Below, piece after piece: positions 1 through 12,132 of a stretch of 64,000 bases of DNA. The translations under genes were made by a program, and so were the position numbers. The DNA lies in the NCBI RefSeq assembly GCF_001194135.2, contig NC_068982.1:63501608-63565607 (forward strand). The letters are read 5' to 3'. The notes under the pieces are model-generated. The model was not told where the DNA came from and ran no database searches. It saw nothing but the letters and a program-made list of their open reading frames with translations. This DNA is from Octopus bimaculoides (lineage: Eukaryota). Position 1 is the stretch's first letter. Each line of letters begins with the position of its first letter.

Positions 1-439
1 TACAGTGCTTTTCTAAGACAGTTTCTTTCCTCTTTATCTATTCCTGTTCGACGACTATTTTATGGTGTGCGTCAGCAGGTGCAAAATAGTATGTGGCTAA
101 CAGGAACTATGCTCAGTTCATCAGCACCTGACAAGGGGAATTGTCATCGAAAGGTGACATGTGATAAATATTTCTTATTATATTTGTTTTTTTTTATAGT
201 TGAGAGCCTTTCTTCCCGAGTGAATAATTCGTGAAGAGAAATTAATTGCACTGCCTACCCATTGAGTCGTTTGTATACCCCACAGATGGAACATTATCTT
301 TTTCTTTTTGCTTAGATGAACTAAAATTGTACTGCCAATATTAACGTGATATGTACTATATAGCGTATGACAAAATATTCAATCATTCAAACATATATCA
401 TTCTCATAATAAGACTCTCTGAATGTGTTCTTCTCTGCT

Positions 440-527
440 TTTCTAAGACGCCACCAATGCGATCGAACCCAGGATTTTGTGGCTGGAGCGTGAATATCTT
501 AATCACTCTACCACGCTGCAGCTACGG
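440..527 (-). mobile_element. Decayed tRNA-derived SINE head
   Basis: Minus strand reads GCAGCGTGGTAGAGTGATTAAG (A-box-like) ... CCTGGGTTCGATCGC (B-box-like); no recognisable body. Confidence 0.4.
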
Positions 528-1762
528 TTAATATAATAGTTCGGCAGTATAGCAAATTACAATTTGAATATTCAACTATAATCTCAAATAGCTAATTATG
601 CTCTTGGTCAAGAAAAGGTCATTCAGTTGACTTTATAACTAGATGTTTCTCGTTACAAAACCAGTTTTCATGCAGTTAACATTGATTAACATTGATTATA
701 TATCAATGGCCTAAACTTTCTGATGTTAATTGTCCATGTAGACATGATTACTAAAACAAAGTTTATTATATTAAACTAATGGGTGTCATCGATTTGTGGT
801 TGTATTTATCTTTTCCAGTAAGTGCGATCTTATACAGGCGAAAGACGTCAGATTTATAAAAAGCAATGGTTTTAAAATATGTTCCCCAAACTGCTACATC
901 CAAAACTGAAATAACTGATATTAAGTAGAAACATAGGCTGCTAGTTATTGACCACATGCCTCTTTTTTGTATGCGAATCAGACTACTCACTGATGTTTGT
1001 ATTGGATACTTTGAAGTTACGGCGAATATCTGAAACAACAGAGATGTATACAGTAATATAGTTATATCCATTTCATTACACATAACACATTTACACATTT
1101 ACATAAGCTTCAACCTCATATTTGATATGTTGTTTTTGCAGCAACAAACGATCATCTCTGACAATCTATGCACCAGCAAGGATAATACAACCACAGCAGG
1201 GGAAGAAGTCGAAGTCGGATGAAAAGTTACGTTTTACTGTATGCCAGCATGCTCCTTTTATCACTGCAACCATATAATCTTTTGTCTCTGTGTGTGTTTG
1301 TGTGTGTGTATGTGTTGGAGTGTGTGTTTGTGTGTGTGTGCACACGCGCGCGTACGTAGCATAGTCTGATTGGTGTTGCTACATAATACCAGTTCGTTTA
1401 TAGAGGATCAGAAACTGTTCAGTGTGCATCGAAATTAGTTACCATATATTTTTAACCAATATCGTTGTTAGCAGTGTCTTTAGCATACTGGCCTCTTGCC
1501 TAAATTCGAGAGCGGTAATTTCACTCTTGGTTTCATTATCCTCATGTTGATTCTTTGAACTTAGCATAATTAATGATACAGAAAACTATATGTAACAAGT
1601 TAATGATTCATAATAGATAAAAGAAATTCAGTTTCTTCTTCAATGACTAGGTTGGTCCAGGTTTTGCTTCTGTAGGTTACGCGGAAGGACACAAACAGTA
1701 AAGATTTGTTGAGAAATATAGGTAATCATTTTGCACAATATTTTAAGCTGTCGAAAATAGAT

Positions 1763-2075
1763 AGAACTCATCTCTCTATCTATTACATTTCTGCTGAGTT
1801 ACCAGTCCTTTATATAAACTAAAAAATGAATTAGACTGACATTTATTTTATTTTGAACCTGTTGAAGGTACACGAGATGCCGAAATATTGTTGTTCAAAG
1901 GACCAATAAATAAGTTACTTTCGAGTTGCGCTTTTTGTCATTGAGTTGGCCGTGGTGATGGATTACGTCAGCTATGTTTACCTTAGTGATGGAATTTGGC
2001 AATCGTATACAAAAGTTAAGAACTCATCTCTCTAACTATTACATTTCTGCTGAGTTACACGTCCTTTATATAAAC

Positions 2076-2077
<2 letters not shown>
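1763..2077 (+). mobile_element. 256-bp unit with 59-bp terminal direct repeats enclosing a hammerhead (PLE pseudo-LTR or retrozyme-like)
   Basis: AGAACTCATCTCTCTA...TATATAAACTA occurs at 1763-1821 and 2019-2077 (few mismatches); HHR at 1852-1899 lies between; followed directly by (ATT)n. Confidence 0.65.
1852..1899 (+). ncRNA. Minimal type-I hammerhead ribozyme, CUGUUGA core variant
   Basis: Stem I TTTGAAC(1852-58)/GTTCAAA(1893-99), perfect 7 bp; core CTGTTGA 1859-65 plus extra A; stem II GGTA/TGCC around a 7-nt loop; GAAA 1882-85; rudimentary stem III; GUU cleavage triplet 1890-92. Confidence 0.75.
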
Positions 2078-2144
<67 letters not shown>

Positions 2145-2532
2145 GGAACAATACGAAAGGTGCGACTGATATCGAATGAACAATATTTCGACACTTCGTG
2201 TATCTNNNNNNNNNNNNNNNNNNNNNNNNNNNNNNNNNNNNNNNNNNNNNNNNNNNNNNNNNNNNNNNNNNNNNNNNNNNNNNNNNNNNNNNNNNNNNNN
2301 NNNNNNNNNNNNNNNNNNNNNNNNNNNNNNNNNNNNNNNNNNNNNNNNNNNNNNNNNNNNNNNNNNNNNNNNNNNNNNNNNNNNNNNNNNNNNNNNNNNN
2401 NNNNNNNNNNNNNNNNNNNNNNNNNNNNNNNNNNNNNNNNNNNNNNNNNNNNNNNNNNNNNNNNNNNNNNNNNNNNNNNNNNNNNNNNNNNNNNNNNNNN
2501 NNNNNNNNNNNNNNNNNNNNNNNNNNNNNNNN

Positions 2533-2781
2533 GTGCTGTGGTTTGCTGTGATGATCTTATGGTTACTGTATTGAAAGTGTTTTGCGTAGGATGTGTGCAG
2601 TGCCCAGTAGTGCAATTTTCTGTATGTTATATATATATATATATATATATATGTTAGTCCTGGTGTTTTTGTTATGTATTTGTCTGAATATTTTTTTATT
2701 ATACCTAAGGCACCTACTATGATAGGAATTGTTTCTGTTTTTAGATTCCACATTCGAGTTACCTCTATTTCCAGGTCTTAC
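2533..2781 (-). mobile_element. 5'-truncated R4/Dong-type LINE 3' end (RLE domain tail)
   Basis: MWNLKTETIPIIVGALGIIKKYSDKYITKTPGL...NIQKIALLGTAHILRKTLSIQ* across a (TA)n frameshift; 5' junction abuts (AAT)n; 3' end runs into an N-gap; same family as 40356-44200. Confidence 0.85.
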
Positions 2782-3250
2782 TATTATTATTATTATTATT
2801 ATTATTCTTATTATTATTATTATTATCATTTATAGTTTCCTTTCATTATAACTTTATCTCGGCTGCCTTAGTACCGGGCATCCTCCAGAGGCCAAGAGTA
2901 GCAAGGGCACTTTTGTTTTGCTATATATGCAACAATTATCACTCCATTTATTCCATTTTAGATGGAGAGTGCTTTCCGTAGTGTATGGGCTGTACTCATC
3001 AAGGTTATCTTTTGTAGTTCACGGAGATTGGAGTTACCAGGGAGTTACTTAACATACTTCTCAGCTCCCCAACGCACCAATTACTGCTGGTATTATGGTA
3101 GTACTAAACTTTCACATTTTGGGGATTTCAATGTGCAGAGACATTTTAATCTTGTGGGACAGACATGTCTATTAACAGACAAGTTCCTCCGTTGTAGTCC
3201 TTGGTCACGATGTCTGGACGATTGGAGTCAATATTTCTGTCTGTTTGTTT

Positions 3251-3301
<51 letters not shown>

Positions 3302-3302
<1 letters not shown>

Positions 3303-3517
3303 GGCAGTGAGCTGGCAAAATTGTTAGCATGCCGGGCAAGATGCCTAGCGGCATTTCGTCAGTTTCCACGTTCTGTGCTCAAATTCTGCCGAAGTCGTGT
3401 TTGCCTTTCATCCTTCCAATGTTGATAAATTAAGTACCAGTGAAACACTGGGGTCAATATAATCGACTAGTCTCCTCCCCACAAATTTCAGGCCTTGTAC
3501 GTATAATAGAAAGTATT
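3302..3517 (+). mobile_element. tRNA-derived SINE with Nin/Deu-like core
   Basis: Core TTTGCCTTTCATCCTT...GATAAATTAAGTACCAG..CACTGGGGTC shared with at least six other copies in the window. Confidence 0.8.
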
Positions 3518-4159
3518 AGTGTTGTTGTTGTTGGTGGTGGTGTTGTTGTTGTTTTTGCTGATGTTATCCTCTTCTACATCATCATCAATCATCGTCGTCG
3601 ACATCATTAATCCCATTTCCACAAAATATTTCGACAAAACCATAATCAGCATATATTCTGAAATTCTGTGACGCAAATATGAAGGCTACAGGAGGTAATC
3701 TTAAAAGACTCTTCGAATATTTAGATGGAGATCTAACCCATACTTATGAGCAATAAAAGTATATATTTCAAGTTTTATTTGAAAATATAAAAGTAACCAA
3801 CGAGGTTCGGTGAATCTTGGTGTAGCATATTCACTGTTACTTGGATGTACTAAAAAAAGTGGGTAACACATATATTTTGGAAATTTTGAAACTTTTTAAG
3901 CTGTTCTTTGTTAATTTCGGTCCAAAAATCATTTCAATAATCCAAAATACAAATGATAAAATAGTGAATCAGGTGTTTTGCATTTTCTTCTCTCTGAAGA
4001 TTTCTAGTCTTGTATAGGTAACAGATATAGCGTAAACATTAAATGAGCGCCAAATTTCAAGTAGCTATGAAATGTTTCCCCCAAATATCGTATTCTTGGT
4101 GGGAAACGCTTACACAATTTCAAATAGGTTTATTTTAGATATTCATATTGGTTTGAAAT

Positions 4160-4290
4160 TTTAGCACAGGAACAGCAATTTCGGAGAAGAACCAGTCAAT
4201 TACATCGACCACAGTGCTCAACTGGTACTTAATTTGTCGATAAGATGAAAGGAAAAATCAGCGCCGGTGGCATTTGAAAGTAGAACGTAA
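4160..4290 (-). mobile_element. Nin/Deu-core SINE, partial and old
   Basis: Plus strand ACATCGACCACAGTGCTCAACTGGTACTTAATTTGTCGATAAGATGAAAGG is the reverse complement of the core. Confidence 0.65.
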
Positions 4291-6574
4291 ATATATATTT
4301 ATATTATGATACAAACCATACACGTACAATTCAGTTTATGGTGGGGATTTGATCTAAGTTTGTTGGACATAAACCCAAGCCAACTAGCAGAAGAGGAGAG
4401 TCTTTATGTAAGTTGTGGGTATATTAATGGAATAAATAAATCCGTGTTTTCTGGCCGAATTTTGTGTTTTATCCCTTAGCTACTCGAGCTATTTCATAAT
4501 GGAGTGAGTTAAATTTCAAGTTAAATTTGAATCGATAACTCACCATCATCAGATTCTAATTCAGGAAGATTATATAGTTTAACAAATGTCAATTCTGTCG
4601 AAAAACCAGTTTTGTATGCTGACTAATATAGAGAAGTAATTCTGTTCATTTGCAAATAATTTGCAACCAGCTTCTAGTGTGTGTGCGCGTGTATGTGTGT
4701 GTGCGTATGTGTGTGTGCGAGAGACAGACAGACTGACAGAGAGTGGGAGGGGGAGAGAGAAAGTGTGTATATGAGTGTATGTATTCGCAAACCTGCGTCC
4801 GCGTGTGCGTGTGCTTTCTATGTTTTACATTCATACAGTCATCATTTTATTTTCAGAAATTCTCTCTTTTCCGCCTATATTTTTGCTTTAGTTTGTATTA
4901 TCTTTTACTCTTCTTTTGCTTTTATACCTTTTTGACAATCATCACCATCGCCATCGTCATAGTTTTTATGGTCATGGTACTCATCATCATCACCATCATC
5001 ATCAGCAGCACTGTCATCAGTGTTCTTGCNNNNNNNNNNNNNNNNNNNNNNNNNNNNNNNNNNNNNNNNNNNNNNNNNNNNNNNNNNNNNNNNNNNNNNN
5101 NNNNNNNNNNNNNNNNNNNNNNNNNNNNNNNNNNNNNNNNNNNNNNNNNNNNNNNNNNNNNNNNNNNNNNNNNNNNNNNNNNNNNNNNNNNNNNNNNNNN
5201 NNNNNNNNNNNNNNNNNNNNNNNNNNNNNNNNNNNNNNNNNNNNNNNNNNNNNNNNNNNNNNNNNNNNNNNNNNNNNNNNNNNNNNNNNNNNNNNNNNNN
5301 NNNNNNNNNNNNNNNNNNNNNNNNNNNNNNNNNNNNNNNNNNNNNNNNNNNNNNNNNNNNNNNNNNNNNNNNNNNNNNNNNNNNNNNNNNNNNNNNNNNN
5401 NNNNNNNNNNNNNNNNNNNNNNNNNNNNNNNNNNNNNNNNNNNNNNNNNNNNNNNNNNNNNNNNNNNNNNNNNNNNNNNNNNNNNNNNNNNNNNNNNNNN
5501 NNNNNNNNNNNNNNNNNNNNNNNNNNNNNNNNNNNNNNNNNNNNNNNNNNNNNNNNNNNNNNNNNNNNNNNNNNNNNNNNNNNNNNNNNNNNNNNNNNNN
5601 NNNNNNNNNNNNNNNNNNNNNNNNNNNNNNNNNNNNNNNNNNNNNNNNNNNNNNNNNNNNNNNNNNNNNNNNNNNNNNNNGGTGGTGGTGGTGGTGGTGG
5701 TGGTGGTGGTGGTGGTAGTGGTGGGGACTACGATGACGATAATGTTGATGATAATCGTAACGTAGACGAGAAGCGACAATCGTGTTGACGGTAACGACGA
5801 CGCAAAGTGAAAAGATGAACATGAGCTGAAAATTAGGTGGAAGGCTAAGATTTCACATTTATAAATCTTGAACGGATGTATTCAGCACTTAATAGTTAAC
5901 ATTTGCTATCATCAATTATGGTCTTACCTTAGATCTTAAATCGATTTTCTGTTCGGCTAAACAGATTCCCTTGACACTCCACTAGTTCGGTCGGGTTATT
6001 TCCTTCGATCCATCGAGTGTGTTTTTGCCACTCTCACTATTTCCTACACAAAGACCTTTCATTGCATAAGCAACATAAAAGTATGAAGATAACAAACTGT
6101 AAACCTACTTTGAAGTTTTTACGAAGGAATTTTCAATATTTCAAGAAAAACAGCTTTTCTATTTAACATTTACACGCAAACACATATCGAATATTCCATT
6201 ATATACGTTTTGAAATTTCACATTGCTAATACATATTAGTCGGATCAGAGAGCTTCATTTATTAGAATCAACTTTTAATGCTGTTGTTGCAAACAGACTT
6301 TGGTCGTCTAATCCGATTCTATTATTTTCTCAGCATATATAGAGAAACAGAATCTGAATAAATTTATACATTGATTAATTTGAAGTCAATTCTAAAATAA
6401 TCCAAGTGTGGATTATTTTAAAGTTTAAAAAGAGCTGAAGAATGTCTCTAGAATTTTGATTGTCATGTAGGTTCCATTAAGCCAGTGAATGTCACATATT
6501 GCAACAATTAACCGGGAATCTTAAGGTAGTTGGAACAGAAACACACCATTAGTGCGCGTGCAAGTATACATGTA

Positions 6575-6990
6575 TTCAATAACGATTTAAAAGCAGCATT
6601 AGTGCTGTAAATACTAAATGTATGTGTTTTATTCCTTCGCCGGTTCGCTGCAGCGTGGGGCTTGCGGCACGATTTCCTCAAAACGCTGGATGTTGAAACA
6701 CCTGAAAATTATAGGCAGGCGAGACAATCCACTTCTGATCAAATTCAGGTGTGATTGATACCGATATTTCGCCGTTTTTATGGCTTAGCAACATTACGTT
6801 CTTGAATCGAACCGGAGACGAATCGAATCGCCAGTCTATAACCATATATATAGACAGTGTAAAAATTATTTGCTGGTATGCCACTGCTAGGCATACGTGA
6901 GATTAAATTCAATAACGAGTTTTAAACATTATCGACCGTACATACTCAATGTATGTGTCTTGTTTGTTCGCGATTCGCTGTGGATAAGCG
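6575..6990. repeat. About 330-bp diverged repeat unit, about 1.25 tandem units
   Basis: TTCAATAACGA recurs at 6575 and 6908; blocks GATACCGATATTTCGCC, GAATCGAATCGCCAGTCTA and TAAACATTATCGAC..CATACTCAATGT are shared with 19313-19650. Confidence 0.65.
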
Positions 6991-6994
6991 CTTG

Positions 6995-7620
6995 GGGTAT
7001 AGTCCTGCGGAATAGCACCACAAAGGCACTGATCTGCATGTGGGATGCAGATCTAACAGCGAATGTGGCATGCAACACATTCCGTCGTCAGAAGAGGGGA
7101 AAGTAGAATATGTTTAAATAGAGAGGTATATAGATCAATGGGTCAATTGGAAAAGGAAGACATGCTGGTGAAATGTATTAGATGGTTGACGAGGATAAAA
7201 ATCCGGAGATGTTCAAAAGCACGAGAGTTTGTTACTCGAGAAACATAGAAAAGGAAACAAGGGTGAGAATGAAGGGAGAATGAAGGGAAGGGTGTGTCAA
7301 GAAGAGATGATATGTAGGAGTGGCTTAGCCTTAAAGTCGTGAAGGGGTAGTTTGAAGGAGAATTTAGGGTGGTAAAGAAAATTAATAGATGATAAGTAGA
7401 AATACCATGCTTGTAAAGACTTTGTACTGGGTGGTTGATTTAGGAAAGTGGTCAGCATCAGACAGGTAGGGGTAAAATAGAGCTATACATAAAAAAGAGT
7501 GAAAGAAATGGATCGAGAGATAACAGTTAGATCTTGTATAGGGTGTCCAGCTAGAAGACTTGCATATATCGGCCTCGCAAAGAAGCGATTGGAACTTAAG
7601 TTATGGAGGAAAACATTAGG
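6995..7620 (-). mobile_element. Decayed Penelope-like element 3' end
   Basis: Minus-strand LAGHPIQDLTVI resembles the GIY-YIG C-terminus; followed by a pyrimidine-rich UTR-like tract and a broken HHR. Confidence 0.4.
7050..7097 (-). pseudogene. Broken hammerhead remnant (GAAAC half missing)
   Basis: Minus strand CTGACGA-C-GGAATGTG-ttgcatgc-CACATTC-GCTGTT; core 5' half and a 7-bp stem II present, GAAAC absent. Confidence 0.4.
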
Positions 7621-9344
7621 TTTAATAGAGACATTAAAGATATTTTTAACGTAGAACTCATCAGCGTCAGTCCGATTATGTGGGTAATACTAGTCCTGCA
7701 AAGCTGAAACGGCTAAATTACTTAATAAAAATAAATTCGAAAATAATAAATGAGTATAATTTAAGGTAAGGAGGTAGAAAAAAGTACAGGAAAGTAACAG
7801 AAATTACAATCACCATTAATCACGTCGACGAGATGTATGGCGGTCTATCGTTGGCCTAACATACCGATCTATGTTGAAACCAGAATGTTTTGAAAGGTTT
7901 ATTCTGAGCTCTCATTATATGTATATATTATCCATATGACTTTTGACACCGAATCTCTAGATATTATGTGTGTGTGCGCGCGCGTGTACATGTATATGTG
8001 CATGTATATGCGTTTGTGTGTGTTTGTGTATATATGTATACAGACACGCGCACACACACATACATATATATACATATACACATATATGCACATACACATA
8101 TACATATATATATATGCACGTATACACAGATGCTGGCACACATACATACATACATACATACATACATACATGGCTAAATGCGTAGAAGGCAATAAGGTTT
8201 GTATATGAAGAACTATAAAACAATGAGAACTATAAGCCAATGAGAAACTTCAGTTGCGTATGGTTACCCATGACATTCAGTTTCAGTTTTATAATAGCTT
8301 ATTAATTGTTACAACTTCATATTATCAAGAAAAGTGGAAGTGTTGTTTAAATAAACCTTTTTTATACAAACGCATATATACCATAGAACCAAAAAGTAAG
8401 CGCTATTACATTTAGTTAAGTTCAGCTATTACACTTAGTTAAGTTAGTATAGTCAAATGTTATGTTAGTACGCGTTTCTAATGTTGCCGTATTGAATGAA
8501 AATGTACGACCTTAAATCGAAGGAAAATATTTTACTATCAAGATGTAAAATATTTTACAGTCAAGATGTGGCAATTCACACCCGAGATAAAGCAATTCAC
8601 GAAAATTGTTCCACAATAATTTGTTACGTTCAACAGCTTCTATTTTAAACTCTGCTGGAGACCCTATCACTTTGTTTCATTTAACTATTTATACCAATAA
8701 TCCAGACAACTTGCTTTTCATCTGGTACCCAACATTAGAACCAATTTTCTTTTACTAGGTTCCATTAGCGCTGGCTGTTATCAATCTGTGCATCAATTGA
8801 TCAAAGTCAAAAGATTCTGATGTTTTTGCGATCTTGGAAATTGCAATCTCTCTATAATTCCATCAACTGAATTGCCTACTTAAGCATGAGAAATTCAAAT
8901 TTAAAAGTAAAAAAAAAAACTACAAGCGTTTCTTTAACAAAGATGTTTTATTTATTAGTGTAGAATGTATCCAGGTCAATTTATTCAGTTCTTTCAGAGA
9001 TTTAGAACTAATAGTTTTTCTATTAAACTTGATTTCTTTACCATTTATGGCAGAACAAAATCAGTTGTGCTTTGTCTTCATGTGTTAATTAAAAAATTGT
9101 AAAAAATGAATAAATATGTATTTCATAAATATTCAATATTTCAGGTGCTTGGATTATGATGACATTCACAGAAATCCAATCTTGGATGTACACACTCAAT
9201 ATACTGTGAAAACACTACCAATTTCATTATTATAAACAGGTTGTTTGTCTATAATCCATTTGAGTTCTCAAAACCATAATGATTTCAAATGTCATTCTCT
9301 ATGAGTTCATATACAGAGAGAGTCAGAATCGTATGAGTGCGGGA

Positions 9345-9500
9345 GGGAATGTTAGGTAGACTTAGTTACACCCTTTGTGATCTGAGTCTATTGGGTTCGA
9401 ACTTATGTTTCATTCATTAAGGATCGATAACATCAAGTATCAATTGGTTAATGATACACTTCCTCTAAAATCTTTGGTCTTGAACCTATAATCAGAAACT
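9345..9500 (+). mobile_element. Highly decayed Nin/Deu-core SINE
   Basis: GGGTTCGAAC B-box, TTTCATTCATTAAGGATCGATAAC core remnant, AAAATCTTTGGTCTTGAACCTATAATCAGAAAC tail remnant. Confidence 0.45.
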
Positions 9501-11179
9501 CATGTGTATCTGAAATTGGTACGAAGATATTGAGTTGAAATAAATATTCATAAAAAGCTTCTCTATTTTGAGAATGGTGTTTGATATATACTAGTACTTA
9601 AATATACTAAAAATAAGAATTAGATCTTTTTCCTTTTTCTTATACAGTTCATCTAAATTTAACGAATAATAGAAATTTATGAAACTTTGGTACCTCATAA
9701 TGGAATATATAGTCTGCGAAATAGGAGACAAAAATTGAAGAACAAGAAATGTTTTTTAAAAGTATCATCGTACAGATGTGCACAATAATTATCTAACATT
9801 TTCAAATTAAACAATTCTTATATTTTAACATATTACAGAAAGAAACAATATTGAACTCATTGTGGAATAAATTATATTTGTAAAGCTGGATTAAAGACAT
9901 TAATATTTGAATATCTGATGATTCGTACAAAACTTTTCGAGTAAATGAGGGAATATACAGCAAAAAATACATTGATAATGTATTCTTAAAGACGATAAGA
10001 TTAAAATCGATTACAATCAACTCCAAACGTAGGGTGCAAGTGTTTGTCACAGCATTTTATCATGATCAATTTTTCATTCTTCAGGCAGTGATGTTTTTGA
10101 TTGAAATGTAATCTAACAGCGTGAATATATCATTTTCAATGGAATTTAGGATTCGCACATTAAATAGTTTGTTTTCTTAATTTTTGTTTACCTTTCAATG
10201 TTTTATATTTTGTTTTTTTCCATCTCTACCTTCGTTCAATCTCCTGATGCCAGGCTTCTGTTCGAAACAGTATGATGTTTTTTATCTTTCTGATCATAGA
10301 ACTAACAACTGAAACCTTTATTGTTGCTGATATAGGCTTGATATTTTCATATTTCTACATCTATCATACGCGTAATCGCACATCAGGTATCCACCGATTC
10401 CACTCTGATTCTTGCAGTTCATACACCATCATACATGAAAGAACGTGTGAAGATGAATAAAGCAAATAATGATTGACACAAAGAATGTATGATTTAATAG
10501 AATGAAATATATCATAACAGTCATTACTATATTTATTCGTGTTTCTTTTTTTCAGTTCAGTCACTAATGAATATGCGTGGAGAGAGGGGGGAGTTAGTAT
10601 AAGTTTATGAATGAAAGTGATACATAGGAATTATTTCAATGCTATTCTGTATTCCTGAGATAGATGTTAAGTAGTCATGTGTTGTTATTAAGTATAACTA
10701 CCCGAACAAGCAGAAGAAAAAGTATGTGTATGCATAGCCAAGGTGATTTGCATAATTTAAACATGAATGAACTAAAAGAAATAAGCAAGGGTGGATAATG
10801 ACGTGTAGTTTAACAACAACGATAAATATTACATGTGTGTGTGTGTGTGTGTGTGCGCGCGCGCGCGCGGACCCGACTGTGTGCGCACGCGAGCGTGTGT
10901 TAATTAAAATGAGTGTCCAGTGGCATGATTTGAAGAAAATAGACAAAATCAGATATACTAATTATCATACAACATAAATACTCGATATATTAAAATTATC
11001 TCCGCCTCGAGAGGATGTGCCAATTCACATCTATGCTAATGATTCCTCAGTTCATATTACCTGCACAAAAACTACAAATATTAATCCGTTTCAGTTCTAT
11101 ATTTAAGAGATGAGGAATTATTTACATTATTTACATTATTTACATTTGACGGATATTTGTCCTCATCTTGTTTGTTGTT

Positions 11180-11225
11180 AACACAACGTTTCAGCAGATA
11201 TCCCCTCCAGCCTTCATCAGGTGTC
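11180..11225 (-). ncRNA. Minimal type-I hammerhead ribozyme (left arm)
   Basis: Minus strand GACAC-CTGATGA-A-GGCTG-gaggggatat-CTGCT-GAAAC-GTT-GTGTT; intact core, ACGT palindromic stem III, GUU triplet; stem II has one mismatch and one wobble. Confidence 0.8.
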
Positions 11226-11292
11226 TTGGGGAAATTTCAAACTTGAGTTCTCATTCCTAAGGTATTTTTCGATGTTATTATTATTATTATTA

Positions 11293-11342
<50 letters not shown>

Positions 11343-11388
11343 GTTATTATTATTATTCAGGTCACTGCCAAATGGCGCTCTTAACCAC

Positions 11389-11461
11389 GGGCATATAGCG
11401 TAGTGGTTACGAGCGCGGGCTACTAACCTCAAGATTCCGAGTTCAATTCCAGGCAGTGGCC
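11389..11461 (+). promoter_or_regulatory. tRNA-like Pol III head (A and B boxes)
   Basis: TAGCGTAGTGGTTA 11396-11409; anticodon-like loop CTACTAA; GAGTTCAATTCC 11439-11450; no TTTT run until 11704, downstream of the element. Confidence 0.8.
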
Positions 11462-11464
11462 TGA

Positions 11465-11531
<67 letters not shown>

Positions 11532-11589
11532 CAACAACAACAACGAAAAATACCTTAGGAATGAGAACCCAGGTTCGAAATTTCTCCAA

Positions 11590-11635
11590 GACACCTGATA
11601 AAGGCCTGAGGGTATATCAGCCGAAACGTTGTGTT
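11590..11635 (+). ncRNA. Minimal type-I hammerhead ribozyme (right arm, G8A lesion)
   Basis: GACAC-CTGATAA-A-GG(C)CTGA-gggtata-TCAGCC-GAAAC-GTT-GTGTT; fold intact but core reads CTGATAA. Confidence 0.7.
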
Positions 11636-12047
11636 AACAACAAACAAGATGAGGACAAATATCTGTCAAATGCAAATAATGTATTAATCCGTTTCATCGA
11701 GTCTTTTTGATTTGAGAACGCATTATATGTACGGCTTTGATTCTGATTACTGCAAAATTTGTGCATTTGTTTGGTTGCATGGTGACTACATTTTCAAATT
11801 CGCACCTAAAAATTAATAGACCTACATTCAAATAAAAGTTCTTGAATGTAACAATATTTTGCATAAACACACATGCATGAGAGTTTCAATATGTTGTATA
11901 TATGTTTACTGTCTGTAACTACATACATATGCGTATATCTTAACAAATATATACATGTATGTAAACATCTAAGCTCCAAATTCTCTCTTAATCCATCTTT
12001 TTCCCTCTCCTCTCTCTATCTCTCTCTCCCACTCAGGTTTTTGCTAA

Positions 12048-12132
<85 letters not shown>

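Larger units (their letters stand above)
11094..11681. mobile_element. Palindromic tRNA-headed, hammerhead-tailed SINE-like element with 15-bp TSD
   Basis: TATTAATCCGTTTCA at 11079-11093 and 11682-11696; plus-strand copy with full head 11389-11681; inverted copy with truncated head 11094-11388; (AAT)n and an HHR in each arm. Confidence 0.9.

Noticed and set aside
8590-8640. Minus-strand CTGTTGA as a further hammerhead
   Set aside because: No GAAA after the putative stem II; stem I weak
8750-8880. Short minus-strand open frames (GNSVDGIIERLQFP..., KTSESFDFDQLMHRL...) as possible exons
   Set aside because: No recognisable family and no consistent splice chain with neighbours
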